This document shows positions 43,901 through 59,075 of a DNA stretch of 64,000 bases, one piece after another. Both the position numbers and the translations under genes were made by a program. The stretch is from positions 98,830,001-98,894,000 of the forward strand of contig CM059432.1 of the NCBI GenBank assembly GCA_030390025.1, in the 5' to 3' direction. The DNA comes from Squalus acanthias (lineage: Eukaryota). The notes beneath the pieces are model-generated. The model was not told the DNA's origin. It made no database searches and saw only the letters and a program-made list of their open reading frames with translations. Position 1 is the first letter of the stretch. Every line of letters begins with the position of its first letter.

Positions 43901-46900
43901 GAACCACCTTATCTACCTGTCCTGCTGCCTTCAGGGATCTATGTACATGCACACCAAGGTTCCTCTGATCCTCTGTCCTTCCTAGGGTCCTACCATTCAT
44001 TGTGTATTCCCTTGCCTTGTTAGTCCTCCCAAAATGCATCACCTCACACTTTTCAGGGTTAAATTCCATTTGCCACTGTTCTGCCCATCTGACCAACCCG
44101 TCTATATCGTCCTGTAGCCTGAGGCTTCCCTCCTCGCTATTTACCACTCCACCAATTTTCGTGTCATCTGGGAACTTACTGATCATAGCTCATACATTCA
44201 TATCTAAATCATTAATGTACACTACAAACAGCAAAGGACCCAGCACCGATCCCTGCAGTACACCACTGGACACAGGCTTCCAGTCACAAAAACAACCTTC
44301 GACCATCACCCTCTGCCTCCTGCCACTAAGCCAATTTTGGATTCAATGTGCCAAATTGCCCTGGATCCCATGGGCTCTTATCTTCTTGACCAGTCTCCCA
44401 TGCGGGACTTTGTCAAGAGCCTTACTGAAGTCCATGTAGACTACATCAACTGCACTACACTCATCCACACACCTAGTCACCCCCTCGAAAAATTCAATCA
44501 AATTGGTTAGACATGATCTCCCCCTGACAAAGCCATGCTGACTATCCTTGATTAATCCTTGCCTCTCCAAGTGGAGACTAATTCTGTCCCTCAGAATTTT
44601 TTCCAATAATTTCCCTACCACTGATGTTAGGCTCACTGGCCTGTAATTCCCTGGTTTATCCCTACTACCCTTCTTAAATAATGGTACTACGTTAGCTATC
44701 CTCCAGTCCTCTGGCACCACCCCTGTGGCCAGAGAGGTTCTGAAAATCTGTGTCAGAGCCCCTGCAATCTCCTCCCTTGCCTCACACAGCAGCCTGGGAT
44801 ACATCTCATCTGGGCCTGGGGATTTATCCATTTTTAAGCCCGCTAAAACCGTTAGTACCTCCTCCTTCTCAATATTAATTTGTTCAAGTATATCACAATC
44901 CCCCTGCCTGATTTCTATGCCTACATTGTCCTTCTCCATAGTGGCCATGATGCGGAGATGCCGGTGTTGGACTGGGGTGGACAAAAATGAGAAGTCGCAC
45001 AACACCAGGTTATAGTCCAACAGTTTTATTTGAAATCACGAGCTTTCATAGCGCTGCTCCTTCGTCAGGTAAAGTGAAGGAATACAAATCAGCAAAGCAT
45101 ATATATATGCTTTGCTGATTTGTATTCCTTCACTTTACCTGACGAAGGAGCAGCGCTCCGAAAGCTCGTGATTTCAAATAAAACTGTTGGACTATAACCT
45201 GGTGTTGTGCGACTTCTCATTTTTCTCCATAGTGAACACAGATGCAAAATATTCATTTAAAACCTCACCCACATCTTCTGGCTCTACACACAGATTGCCA
45301 CTTTGGTCCCTAATGGGCCCTACTCTTTCCCTGGTTATCCTCTTGCCCTTAATATACTTCTAAAACACCTTGGGATTTTCCTTTATTTTGCCCGCCAGTG
45401 TTTTTTCATGTCCCCTTGTAAAGGAATAGCCATATTTCAGAAAAATACACCATCCTATGAACAGAATTCTGATTTTATTAAAACATGACAAACTGGGGTT
45501 AAAAATCTAAAAGCCTCAATGACACAAGCTGTAAATACAGGCTTCTGAGATAAGATGAAGTGTTAACACAAAAGCTGTAAACACCATACAAGCTTTTGAA
45601 ATGGGAAATGGTTGTAAATACTAAGACAATGGCCTCATTGAAACAGATGGTTGTAGGTTCCAAGGAGTCTGCAGTTTGGAACCAACACAATAGCAATGCC
45701 CAAGTAAAGTGTTAAAAAAATGACACCTTGAACAGAAAAACAGAACATTAAAAAACCATGTGCCTTTGTACAAGTAACATCAAATGAAACAGGAAACACG
45801 ATTATAAATACAACCAATTGAAGTTGTAAAAGATACCTACAGAAGACTTTGAAAATATTACATCAATAGATGTACCAAACAATCACATTGTTTATGTGTT
45901 GAACTTGGGACACAAGGAGACGAGAAGTCTGTAATACAAGCAGTTAAGCCAATATTAAGAATTGAATTGAAGACCTTTGAAAGAATGGCATCAAAGAGAT
46001 AAATCTGTAATAACCATTTTATATGATAAGTTTTTGAAACACCTATACCGCAGACAGGATTCTAAAAGTTAACAGCTGAATTGACAGTAAGAATAGAAAA
46101 GAATTCAATTGAGAATGACTAAAGAAAATTAGCTTACATCAGCAGAAAACTTCAAAGGATAAGCCACTGCAAAAAAGGTATAAAAATAGAGCTTTTCAGA
46201 TAGAGAGTCAGAAGTCACTGGAATGGGCCAAGTGATTCTCTCACTCTTCAGATGCAGGCTCTGTAAGTTTTTAACTCTTTGAGTGTTGGGTAATCAAGGT
46301 ATTTGATTTTGGTGGATATTCTGGATTAAGATTAAGTAGAAGTGTGGAAATGTAACTAAATTAAGATTTGAGAGTAAGGATCTCTGATAAGAAATGTAAG
46401 CTATTTGTATTTTGAACTGTTAAAGTTGCGATTGAATCAACAGCTGTTAGCTGAATGTCGGTTCTTTAATAAATCGATATATTTTTAGAATTATCTCACA
46501 GAGTAATTTTGTATCAACCTCGCAAACTCAATTTCTGTACACTCTTTTGTGAGGAATTGCAGAATTCTGGCGGGGGGGGGGGGGGGGGTTTCCAGACCCT
46601 CATAATATCCGGAAGGTTACAGTCTAGTTAAACTTATTAAAAGTGCTATCTGGAGGACGGTAACATCTTCAAGCCGTTCCTTTCCTTTAGGGAGAGGTAG
46701 TCTGACCTTTGGACCCAATTAAGCATTTCTAGGATTTGGCTACCGCTAACTTTAGTTGAAGGTGAACATCTGGGGAATACGCCTGATATGGGGTAGCCCG
46801 AAAATGGCTAGGACTAGTAATTATCCCTTCACTCTCTTCGCTCTCCTAATTTCTTTTTTAAGTGCCCCCCTATACTCCTCTAGGGCTTCCACTGTTTTTA

Positions 46901-49900
46901 GTCCTTTGTATCTGCCAAAAGCCTCCTTTTTTTCCTACTCCATTCTTGCATATCCCTTGACACTCAGGGTTCCCTGGGCTTGTTGGTCCCACCCTTGACC
47001 TTTATGGGAACATGTTGGCATTGTACTCTCTCTATTTCCTTTCTGAAAGACTCCCACTGCTCTGATGTGGATTTTCCTACAAGTAGCTTATTCCAATCCA
47101 CTTTGGCCAGATCCTGCCTTATCATATTAAAATTTGCCTTCCCCCAATTTAGAACCTTTATTTCCAGTCCATCTTTGTCCTTTTCCATGACTACCTTAAA
47201 TCTCACCGAATTATGGTCACTGTCACCAAAATGCTCTCCTACTGACACTTCTACCACTTGCTCGACTACTTTCCCTAGAATTAAGTCCAGTACCACCCCC
47301 TCTCTTGTAGGACTTTCTACATGCTGGCTCAAAAAGCTCTCTTGGATGCACTTTAAGAATTCCACACCCTCTAAGCCTTTCACACTCTGACTATCCCAGT
47401 TAATATTGGGGAAGTTGAAATCCCCTACTATTATTACCCTATTATTTCTACACTTCTCTGAGATTTTCCTACATAGCTGTTCCTCTCTCTCCCCCATACT
47501 GTTTGGGGGCCTATAGTACACTCCCAGCAAAGTGCTTACCCCCTTTTTGTTTTTAAGTTCTACCCATATGGCTCATTAGAGCAACCTGCTAAGATATCAT
47601 CCCTCCTTACAGCAGTAATTGGCTCCTTGATTAATATTGCAACACCCCCTCCTCTTTTACACCCCCCTCTGTCTCGCCTGAAGATTCTATACCCCGGAAT
47701 ATTGAGCTGCCAGTCCTGCCCCTCCCTCAACCATCTCTCTGTGATAGCAACAATATCATACACCCATGTGTTCATCAACACCTTTAATTCATCTGCCTTA
47801 CTCGCAAGACTTCTTGCATTAAAATAACTGCCATCCAGCCTTGCCATACTCCCTTGTGCCATTACATATTTGCTCTGCCTTCCAGGCTGACTTGGTTTTT
47901 CCTCTATATTTAGCTGTGCATCACCCCCTACTATAGCTCCACTCTGTATCCCATCCCTCTGCCAAGTATATATAGCGCATTTAATGTAATAAAATGTCCC
48001 AAGATGCTTAACAAGAGTGATATCCTTTTCCTTTTCCATTATTCCTCTGTTTCTTTCCCTATCCGTAAATTTCATTGGTTAAGGAGATAGAATAATGGTC
48101 TCATCGTTGACCAAGCTCTCAGATGCCCCGTTGCTCTCACTAAGCCATTAATAGCTCGCACTTCCAGCAACTTGTGGCCCCCAAATTTTTTGAGCTGAAG
48201 GGTGAGAAAAAAATCTAACTGACAAGGCACACCGCTAGATCCCCCACTCTTGCAAAATTTTGCAAAATGTGGGCCAATATCTCTTTATGATAGTTATGAT
48301 TCCCTAAGCTCTGAAATTCCCTCCCTAAACCTCTCCGCCTCTCTACCTCTCCTTTTTTAAGATGCTCCTTAAAACCTACCTCTTTGATCAAGCTTTTGGT
48401 CATTTGTCCCGATATCTCCTTCTGTGGCTCAGTGTCAAAAATGTTTTTTATTGATATCACTCTTGTTAAGCATCTTGGGACATTTTATTACATTAAATGC
48501 GCTATATAAATGTAAGTTGTTGCTGTTTGTGTTTTTATGTGGCTCGGTGTCAAATTTTGTTTGATAACGCTCCTGTGAAGTTCCTTGGGACATTTTACCA
48601 TGTTAAAGGCGCTATATAAATGCAAGTTGTTTTTGTTGAATATCCAGTTCTAAACTTTCTTGTATCAAAATATGTTTCTTAGATTCTCTGGGAAGAAATC
48701 TATTTGGAAACAAACTAATTAATGTGGCCTGGGACTCCTGACAAAAACCTTTAACATGCACAAATATAGTTTGTGCTTTCCTTTATATGACATTGACATG
48801 GTTCAAACAGTTTTGAAACCAACATATTCTTCAGTATTTGATCATTTATGTACATATTTATCATATAACCTTCAATCCCATACTTAACTGGTATTAGTCC
48901 TGCTCTTAAATAAAAAGGCATTAACTGCTAAGTAGTGTTTGAAGATAAAGTCGTCATTTTCAGATTGAAGCATTATTTTATGATAGTTAAGTGATGGCCA
49001 ACAACCAGCTTGTAGGTCTTAAATATTACATTGTCATAACGGATTGCCAGCATTTCCATTTATTCATGAAACATGCATCAACAGCTAACTGAATGTTCAC
49101 AATTCCCAAAGCCACATGCTACATTAATTAAATAGAGTTTTTATGTGCCTTACATTCATTTACTTTAACTGTCAATTATTCTCACTAATGCAATTGAAGA
49201 CACAGTGTAGCACATAAATATAATGTGTGAAATGTTGCAATCCCATGTAACTGAGATATTGGCAAAGAATCAAATTTGCTTGTGCCAGCTGATGGAATTG
49301 GTCCTATACGTCTTTTCAGAACCTGTGGTGCTAAAGCAGGGACCGAGGTACTGCTGTTGATTGTATTAATATCCTTCATGGAAAAGATTTCATTGGTAAT
49401 GTTTAATTTGTTTCAATCAGCTTTGATTTTGATAATTACCCCTGAAATAATACCTTCACTTTCACTTTTGATTTATTTTTCCTGTCATTCTTTGAAAATG
49501 TCCATTTATAGCCCAGACCTGAATCTTTCCCTCAGCTCAATAATCTCCTTCACTGCCCCTAACTATCCTGAATTGCCTGTTCATTTAAACACATACAGAC
49601 CCACTTTTGATCATATACTCTCTCACAAGTATGAACTCTCAGTCCCAGCCTGCCCCATGCTTATTTGGACTCATATTGAAGGCAATTAGAACTTGCTAAC
49701 TTTTTGCAAATGAATATAAAGTACATAAAACTCACCATACTTAGAACATTAATTATTTTAATTCTGTTTGCCCTTACATCAGATAGTGAAATGGCATAAA
49801 TAGACATTTTAGCAACAGCATTTTTCATTTATATTTATCAATATCAACCCTTAATCGGCTGGCAGTTTACAGAAACTCTTGTCTCCCTATTCCAATTGGT

Positions 49901-52900
49901 TTTATTTGTTTTTCACATGTGTGCTAAATGAACAGTAACATTGTTAAAATATTAATCTTGGATTTATTCCTTTTAAGATTTTACTCCCCGCTGCCCTCCG
50001 CCACCAACACACTCCGCTGCCCCCCCTCCACCCCGCCAAATAGAGCGGTCTCTAATAGGTGTCAGCCTTGACTCAGTGGTAGTATTTTTGCATCTGAGTC
50101 AGATGGTTGTGGGTTCAAGTCCCACACCAGAGACTCAAGCACATAATCTAAGCTGACAATTCAGGGCAGTACTGAGGGATACTGCCGCATTGTCAGAGGT
50201 ACCGTCTTTCCGTTGTGACGTAATACTATTTGCCTTCTCAGGTAGATGTAAAAGATCCCATGGCACTTTTTGATAAGAGCAGGGGAGTTCAACTCGGTGT
50301 CCTGACCAACATTTATCCCTTAACCAACATAACTAAAACAGATTATCAGGTCATTATCACTTTGCTGATTGTGGGGCTTGTGCAAACTGGTAGTCATGGA
50401 GTCTTTGTGGAAGCTAACGGGAATGGTAGCATAGTAGTTATGACGTTCTGACGAAAGGTCATCGACCTGAAACATTAACTCTGTTTCTCTCTTCACAGAT
50501 GCTGCCTGACCTGCTGAGTATCTCCAGCATTTTCTGTTTTTATTTCAGATTTTCAGTATCTGCAGTATTTTCTTTTTGTTGTAGTAGTTATGCTACTGGA
50601 CTAGTAAACCAAAGGCCTGGATGAAAGATCCACAGATGGGAATTCAAATCCCACCATGGCAGCTGGGGAATTTAAATTCAGTTAATTAAATTAATCTGGA
50701 ATAAGAAGCTAGTATCAGTAATGGTGACCATGAAACTATCAGATTGTCACAAAAACCCATCTGGTTCACTAATGTCCTTTAGGGAAGGAAAGCTGCCGTC
50801 CTTACCTGGTCTGGTCTATATGTTACTCCAGACACACAGTAATATGGTTGACTCTTAACTGCCCTCTGAAATGGCCGAGCAAGCCACTCAGTGAGTATGA
50901 CTATGCCAGGCTGTTGCTTGAGTAGCTACAAAAAGCAAGAATAAGAATAAAACCGGATGGACCACCCAGCATCACCAAGGCACCAACTTCGGACACAAAA
51001 ACGGCTCACCCAGCCCAGTCGACCCTGCAAAGTCCTCCTTACTAACATCTGGGGACTTGTGCCAAAATTGGGAGAGCTGTCCCACAGACTAATCAAGCAA
51101 CAGCCTGACATAGTCATACTCACAGAACTATACCTTTCAGCCAATGTCACAGGCTCCTCCATCACCATCCCTGTCCTGTACCACCGGCAGGACAGACCCA
51201 CAAGAGGTGGCAGCACAGTGGTATACAGTCGGGAAGGAGTGGCCCTGGGAGTCCTCAACATTTACTCCGGACCCCATGAAGTCTCATGGCTTCAGATGAA
51301 GCATGGGCAAGGAAACCTCCTGCTGATTACCACCTACCGCCCTCCCTCAGTGAATGAATCAGTACACCTCCATGTTGAACACCACCTGGAAGAAGCACTG
51401 AGGGTAGCAAGGGCACAGAATGTACTCTGGGTGGGGGACTTCAAAGTCCATCACCAAGAGTGGCTTGGTAGCACCACTACTGACCGAGCTGGCTGAGTCC
51501 TGAAGGACACAGCTGCCAGACTAGGACTGGTGAGAAAGCCAACACAAGGGAAAAACATACTTGACCTCATCCTCACCAATCTATCTGTCGCAGATGCATC
51601 TGTCTATGACAGCATTGGTAGCAGTGACCACTGCACAGTCATTGTGGAGATGAAGTCCCGTCTTCACACGGAGGACACCCTCCATCGTGTGTTGTGCTAA
51701 ATGGAATAGATTCAGAACAGATCTAGCAGCTCAAAACTGGGCATCCATGAGGGGCTGTGGGCCATCAGCAGCAGCAGAATTGTATTCCACCACAATCTGT
51801 AACCTCATGGCCCAGCACATCCCTCACTCTACCATTACCATGAAGCCAGGGGACCAACCCTGGTTCAATGAGGAGTGTCGAAGAGTATGCCAGGAGCAGT
51901 ACCAGGCGTACCTAAAAATGAGGTGTGTAAGTATACACAGGCCCTTAATTTTTAATTTTGGCATATATTAAAATGTTTTGCCAGGCCAAAAGGTTTTTTC
52001 GAAGTGTAACAGACTGTCTTTCACTGATAAGTAGACATGGAATGTGCTTTGATGTGCTTTACTAAAAGACAGCAGACATTTGGGAGCAAATGTGCTTTCA
52101 AAAGGAACTGTTGTATTTGCAAGTTGCGTTGTGATGGAGATATTTCAAGAGCTGGGTGTTGGATAGTAGATACTGACAGAACAAATGGTTGTGGCTGCAG
52201 GGGGTATTCATAGACAACATAGATAAACAAACCCCCTTAGATTTGCAGACATTGGGCTCGATTTTGCCAGGCCCGAGGAGGCGGGAATGGAGGCGTGTGG
52301 GTTGTTAAAAATGCAAAAAATGGCAGGCGGGCCCGACCCCGCCTCCATCCCGCCTTCGAGCAATTTTCCCAAATGCGTGGTTTCTGATCCCGTCTCCGTC
52401 CCACCTCCAAGAGGCGGGATAGGCCCTTAAGGCCCTTAACAACCACTTAATTGCCTCTATAATCCCATTTTGAGAGGCCTTTCTGATTTTAAGACTTTTC
52501 CCACGTGATGCACGCCTCCTCTGAAACACGACGGTGAAACCTGGTGGTAGCACACTTGGATTGCTGACTACCAGCTGCAGGTCCACCATTAAGAAGGAGA
52601 TTTGATCAATCATCATTCAGGGGGAACTTTTAGCAGTCATAACCATTGTTGTGGAAGTTTGGAGCCTGGAGTAGTAGTAGTAGTGGTGGTGGTGGTGGTA
52701 AAAAAAATCTGGGAGCAGACTTAGGTCTCCTGCTGCTCATTTTACCTCCAGGTCCCTCTCACAGCAAAGGCCAAAAGCTTCCCAATCTTTGCAGACCTTA
52801 AATGCAGCAGCAATGATGACATCATCAGAGGCGACTTTCAGACTGAAAAAACTAATTGGGTCATGGGTTCCCACATGCTGGAACTCAATTGCCCAATTAG

Positions 52901-55900
52901 GGGAAAATCAAATAATTCTCCCACATCCAATTGGAGTTGGGTGGCTAACACGAAAAGTGGATGACACGACCCCAGCCCACCCCAATGACAAAATCGAAGC
53001 CCAGGCTGCAAGATTCTCAGTTCAGCTCAGCTCAGCTCAGTTCAGTTCAGTTCAGCTTGGTGCTTGGTGCTGTGTGAATGGGTGAGCTCCACACCCCGGC
53101 TGCTTGCGGGGAATGCTAGTGTGGAGGGCCCAGTGCAGAAGGCCCGGGGAGGAAAGGCTGTGAGATTCTCAACTCAGCTCAACTCAGTGCTGTGTGAACG
53201 GGCTGCTCCACACCCCAGCTGCTCGCGGGGAATGCCGGTGCGGAGGGCCCGGTCAGAAGGCCCAAGGTGGAAGACCCGGAGGAGAGTGGCCTAGGCAGGA
53301 GGCCCAGCACGGAGAACCCCAGGCGGGGGGCCCAGGGCGAGGCAGCTGGTCGGCAGAGGTGGAGTCGGGAGATGCGGTTGGTGAGCATTGCTGCACTGGT
53401 TCTAAAAGTTGCAGAATGATCTCGGGCCTGAATGAGTTCCAACGGCCCAGCATGTGCTCTGTCTGGCGGCAGCTGTGAGGCTTTTTCTTGGTCATGGGAC
53501 CAGTTTATGCGTCGCCATATTGGCGGGGGAATGACAAACTGTTTCCATCTGTAATGTGGCGCGTGAGCGGTTACAAGATGGAAAATGTGAAGGGTTAAAA
53601 GACGGAAAATAAAAGGAAAGTAAAAGACAAAGCAAAGTAATATCGGTAAGGAATGATGAGTATTCTTTGATGGTTGGGTCCTGTGAGCGATAACAGCAAG
53701 CAGAAGAAGATTTGAGTGTTCGGTCTTTTACGGGATTTCAGGAAGTGGATGGCTTCTTTTTCCATGGAAGGGCTGAAGACTGTGGACAAGGACTATGACT
53801 TTACATGGTTCGACAACATCAAATGATATTCGTTAATGGATTGCCAATAGGACTGGCGTAGAACTGGTATTTAATTGTTTTGTTGGGAAGGTTTCAGGTT
53901 TTCTGTTTGAAAGCAGTTTACTTGAAGCTTAATTGATTTTCTGATAAGAACTGTGGGAATTTGCACATGGTGATGTATTGGTGGTTATGTAGGAATTTAC
54001 TTTGAGGTTATTGTCTAGTGTTGGTGTGTTTGAAAAGATAAAGTAAATTAATATTGGTAATTTATTGAACGAACGGACGCTCGAGTGAACGAACGGATGA
54101 ACGATTCGAACGAACGCATTCATGCATATTGGAACTTACACTCGATCAAACGAATGATCACTTGTGCAGTGATAGAATGAACGATTCGCGCGAACGCACG
54201 CAGGCGCGCACTTAGACAAATGCTACGCACGCACGCATTCAGACATGCATATTGGAACTTACACTCGATCAAACGAACGACCTCATGGGGTAGTGGTCGA
54301 ACGAACGATTCGCGCGAACGCACGCAGGCGCGCACTTAGACAAATGCTACGCACGCACGCATTCAGACATGCATATTGGAACTTACACTCGATCAAACGA
54401 ACGACCTCATGGGGTAGTGGTCGAACGAACGATTCGCGCGAACGCAAGCATGCACATTGGAACTTACACTCGAGTGAACGAATGATCGCGTGGTGAACGA
54501 TCAAACGAACGATAATCGAGCGAACGCATACAAGCGCGCACTTAGACAAATGATACGCACGCACGCACTCATACATACATATTGGAACTTACGCTCAATT
54601 GAACGAACGAACGCTTGAATGAACGAACGAACAATTGAATGAATGATCAAATTATCGAACGAACAATGCCAGTAGGACTGGCGTAAAACGAGTTTTTTTT
54701 CTTGGTTTATTGGAATAAGTGTTATCTGTAGCATTTAATTGGATTATGATGGTGCTATGTGTTTGTACACTGTGGTGTTGAAATGGTTTTTGTTTTATGT
54801 GGAGTTAACTTTGAGATTTATTATTTTAAATCTAAAAAGTTGTGTGATATTGTTTAAGAGTATTTGTACTGTAAACATTATTGATTATTTGTAAAAAAAA
54901 AATGACAAAATCGAAATCCATAAAGCTGTTTTTTAAGGCTTTATTGTTTATTGTGATCAAGGAATGAAAAGGTTTACTATGTAATTGATGAGTTGTATAA
55001 GTACTATTGTACTTGAATAAAAGATTAATGACAAAATCGAGCCCTCTGTGTCTACAACAAAACAGGCCACAAGGTTGTAGAACGACTTTTGGCAGCTAAA
55101 GGGGAGGAGTCAAACCTTTGAAGTTCTGAAATACTGGATGCAAAGTAAGACGTGAAATGTGACCAAGTGGTTAACTGCCACTTTTGTAAACTTTTATGTG
55201 TGAATGAACAATTTTGGGCTTTGATAAAGGCAGCTAACGGATAGCCACACAGGATGTGTGAGTGTGAAAGTTTTACAGCTCAAACAACTTAGGTCGAATA
55301 TTAAAAGAACATTTCACAATCTCTGAATGATTGATTTACTGAAAAAGGCAAGGACAACTGTATAAAAAACCAGTGACTAAAAATATCAGCACTGCAGTCG
55401 GAAGGCGGGGCCTGGCTGATCATCCCAACTCGAAGAGCTGCAGTCGGAAGGCGAAAAGCTGCAGTCGGAAGGCGAAGAGCTGCAGTCGGAAGGCGAAGAG
55501 CTGCGGTCGGAAGGCGAAGAGCTGCGGTCGGAAGGCGAAGAGCTGCAGTCGGAAGGCGAAGAGCTGCAGTCGGAAGGCGAAGAGCTGCAGTCGGAAGGCG
55601 AAGAGCTGCAGTCGGAAGGACGTGGCCTACAATCAATGCTGGACTGATAATCTGCGGGTGGTTGTATGTATGATTTCCTGTAACATTATTGGTGTGCTGC
55701 TCAAACAGTGGTTGGGGTTTTGAACCTGTCTTGGGAACAATAAAATATTAAAGACAGAACCCGTGTGTCTGGTGTAATTTCTCATTTGTCTCAAGTCCGA
55801 ACTCTATAACCTGTTGGACGGGGTGAGGGGCAATTCCGCTCGTCCTACATGTGCCAACCTGGGGAAGCTGCAACACAGGACTACATGCATGCTAAACAGC

Positions 55901-57399
55901 AGAAGCAGCATGCTATAGACAGAGATAAGCGATACCACAATCAACAGATCAGATCAAAGCTCTGCAGACCTGTCATATCCAGTCGTGAATGGTGGTGGAC
56001 AATTAAACAACTAATGGTAGGAGGAGGCTACATGAATATCCCCATCCTCAATGATGGCAGAGTCCAGCACGCCCGTGCAAAAGACAAGGCTGAAGCATTT
56101 GCAACCAGCTTCAGCCAGAAGTGCCAAGTGGATGATCCATATCAGCTTCCTCTTGAGGACCCCGCCATCACAGAAGCCAGTCTTCAGCCAATTCGAATCA
56201 CTCCACACCAACCTCAATACAGCCTTGGTCCAAGCATGGACAAAGGAGCTGAATTCCAGAGGTGAGGTGAAAGTGAATGCCCTTGACATCAAGGCAGCAT
56301 TTGACGGAGTGTGGCATCAAGGAGCCCTAGTAAAATTGAAGTCAATGGGAATCGGGGGGGAAAACTCTCCACTGGCTGGAGTCATACCTAGCACAAAGGA
56401 AGATGGTTGTGGTGATTGAAGGTCAATCATCACAGCCCCAGGACATCGCTGCAGGAGTTCCTCAAGGCAGTGTCCTAGGCCCAACCATCTTCAGCTGCTT
56501 CATCAATGACCTTCCCTCCAACATAAGGTCAGAAATGGGGATGTTCGCTGATGACTGCACAGTGTTCACTTCCATTCGCAACTCCTCAGATAATATAGCA
56601 GTCCATGCCCGCATGCAACAAGAACTGGATGACGTTCAGGCTTGGGCTGATAAGTGGAGGTAACATTTGCACCACAGAAGTGCCAAGCAATGACTATCTC
56701 CAACAAGCGAGAGTCTAAACACCGCCCCTTGACATTCAATGGCATTACCATCACCAAATCCCCCACCATCAACATCCTGGGGGTCACCATTGACCAGAAA
56801 CTTAACTGGACCAGCCACATAAATACTGTGGCAACAAGAGCAGGTCAGAGGCTAGGTATTCTGTGGTGAGTGTCTCACCTCCTGACTCCCCAAAGCCTTT
56901 CCACCATCTACAAGGCACAAGTAAGGAGTGTGATGGAATACTCTCCACTTGCCTGGATGAGTGCAGTTCCAACACCATTCAAGAAGCTCAACATCATCCA
57001 GGACAAAGCAACCCATTTGATTGGCATCCTTTCTACCACCTTAAACATTCACTCCTTCCACCACCGGCGTACCGTGGCTGCAGTGTGTACCATCTACAAG
57101 ATGCACTGCAGCAACTCGCCAAGGCTTCGTCGGCAGCACCTCCCGAACCCGCGACCTCTTCCACCTAGAAGGACAAGAGCAGCAGACGCATGGGAACACC
57201 ACCACCTCCAAGTTCCCCTCCAAGTCACACATCATCCTTACTTAGAAGTGTATCACCGATCCTTCATCGTCGCTGGGGCAAAATCCTGGAGTTCCCTACC
57301 TAACAGCACTGTGGGAGTACCTTCACCACACGGACTGCAGCGGCTCACCACCACCTTCTCAAGGGCAATTAGGGATGGGCAATAAATGCTGGCCTTGCC
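37915..57399 (+). repeat. Tandem segmental duplication, copy 2 (~19,482 bp); contains second copies of all elements in 18441-37914
   Basis: Junction ...GGCCTT-GCC-TGCTACATTT at 37915; identity ends at GGCCTTGCC (57399). Confidence 0.97.
44944..45222. mobile_element. Second copy of the Penelope-type palindrome; right arm has an intact hammerhead core (45139-45175)
   Basis: CTGACGA-A-GGAGC-AGC-GCTCC-GAAA-GCTCGTGATTTC; same TSD as copy 1. Confidence 0.8.
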
Positions 57400-57436
57400 A
57401 GCGATGCCCACATCCCATAAAAACAAATTAAAAAAA

Positions 57437-58685
57437 TATATAGAAACGGCTGAGCGCACTGGACACAGCAAAGGGTATGGGCCCCGAGAAAGTCCCAGCT
57501 GCTGTGCTGAAGACTTGTGCTCCAGAACTAGCCATGCCTCTAGCCAAGCTGGTCCAGTACAGCTACAACACTGACATCCACCCGACAATGTGGAAAACTG
57601 CCCAGCTATGTTCTGTCCACAAATAGCAGGACAAATCCATTCTGGCTGATTACCGCTCCATCAGTCTACTCTCAATCTAGGGATGGACAATAAATGCCGG
57701 CCTTGCCAGCGACGCCCAGATCCCATAAGCGAATAAAAAAAAAAATCAGCAAAATGATGAAAGGTGTCATCGACAGTGCTATCAACCGACACTTACTCAC
57801 CAATAACCTGCTCACCGATGCTAAGTTTGGGTTCCGCCAGGATCACTCGAGTCCAGACCTCATTACAACTGTGCTCCAAACATGGACAATAGAGCTGAAT
57901 TCCAGAGATGAGGTGAGAGTGACTGCCCTTGACATCAAGGCAGCATTTGACAGAGTGTGGTTTCAAGGAGCCCTAGTAAAACTGAGTGTCAATGGGAATT
58001 AGCGGGAAAACTCTCCACTGGCTGGAGTCATACCTAGCACAAAGGAAGATGATTGTAGTTGTTGGAGGTCAATCATCTCAACCCAGGACATCGCTGCAGG
58101 AGTTCCTCAAGGCAGTGTCTTCAGCACAACCATTTTCAGCTGCTTCATCAAAGACCTTCCCTCCATCATAAGTTCAGAAGTGGGGATGTTCGCTGATGAT
58201 TGCACAGTGTTCAGTTCCATTCGCAACTCCTCAGATAATGAAGCAGTCCATGCCCGCATGCAACAAGACCTGGACGACATTCAGGCTTGGGCTGCTAAGT
58301 GGCAAGTAACATTCGTGCCACAGAAGTGCCAGGCAATGACTATCTCCAACAAGCTATAGTCTAACCACCGCTTCTTGACATTTAATGGCATTACCATCAA
58401 CGAATCCCCCACTATCAACATCCTGGGGGTGTCACCATTGACCAGAAACTTAACTGGACCAGCCACATAAATACTGTGGCAACAATAGCCGGTCAGAGGC
58501 TAGATATTCTGCGGCGAGTGTCTCACCTCTTGACTCCCCAAAGCCTTTCCACCATCTACAAGGCACAATTCAGGAGTGTGATGGAATACTCTTCACTTGC
58601 CTGGATGAGTACAGATCCAAGAACACTCAAGAAACTCAACACCACCCAAGACAAAGCAGCCCGCATGATTGGCACCTCATCCATT
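57437..58685 (+). mobile_element. Continuation of the tRNA-headed LINE RT region, degenerate, with a short same-family tail inserted at ~57678-57745
   Basis: FGFRQDHS, ALDIKAAFDRVW and FADD motifs; truncated by the Harbinger at ~58690. Confidence 0.85.
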
Positions 58686-59075
58686 GGTGAGGGCAAGAGC
58701 AAGGCGGGATGTCTGTGCACCGGCAGTATGCAGAGTAGGGAGATCATGACGTCAGTCAGCGTGCAATGCTGATTTGACACACGACCTGCCATTTTGAACG
58801 TCACCGTTCCAATCAAAGCCCTCTTCTAAACACAGACAGCTGAACGTGCACTCAACTGCATGAGAGACCCCCCACCTGCACTAATTAAAGGGATACTTCC
58901 AATTTGCAGGTATGTTGATTATTTCTCTTGTAATGGCTCTTGCAGAGCTTATATGAATACTGGCTTGCTGCAAGATGTTTATAACGTTATTAAAGCATAC
59001 GGGGAGTGCTGCTGGACTTTGGGAAGGCGTTGGCTCCTACTGGAAGGCCTCTGACTACACCACTTGATCCTAGTC

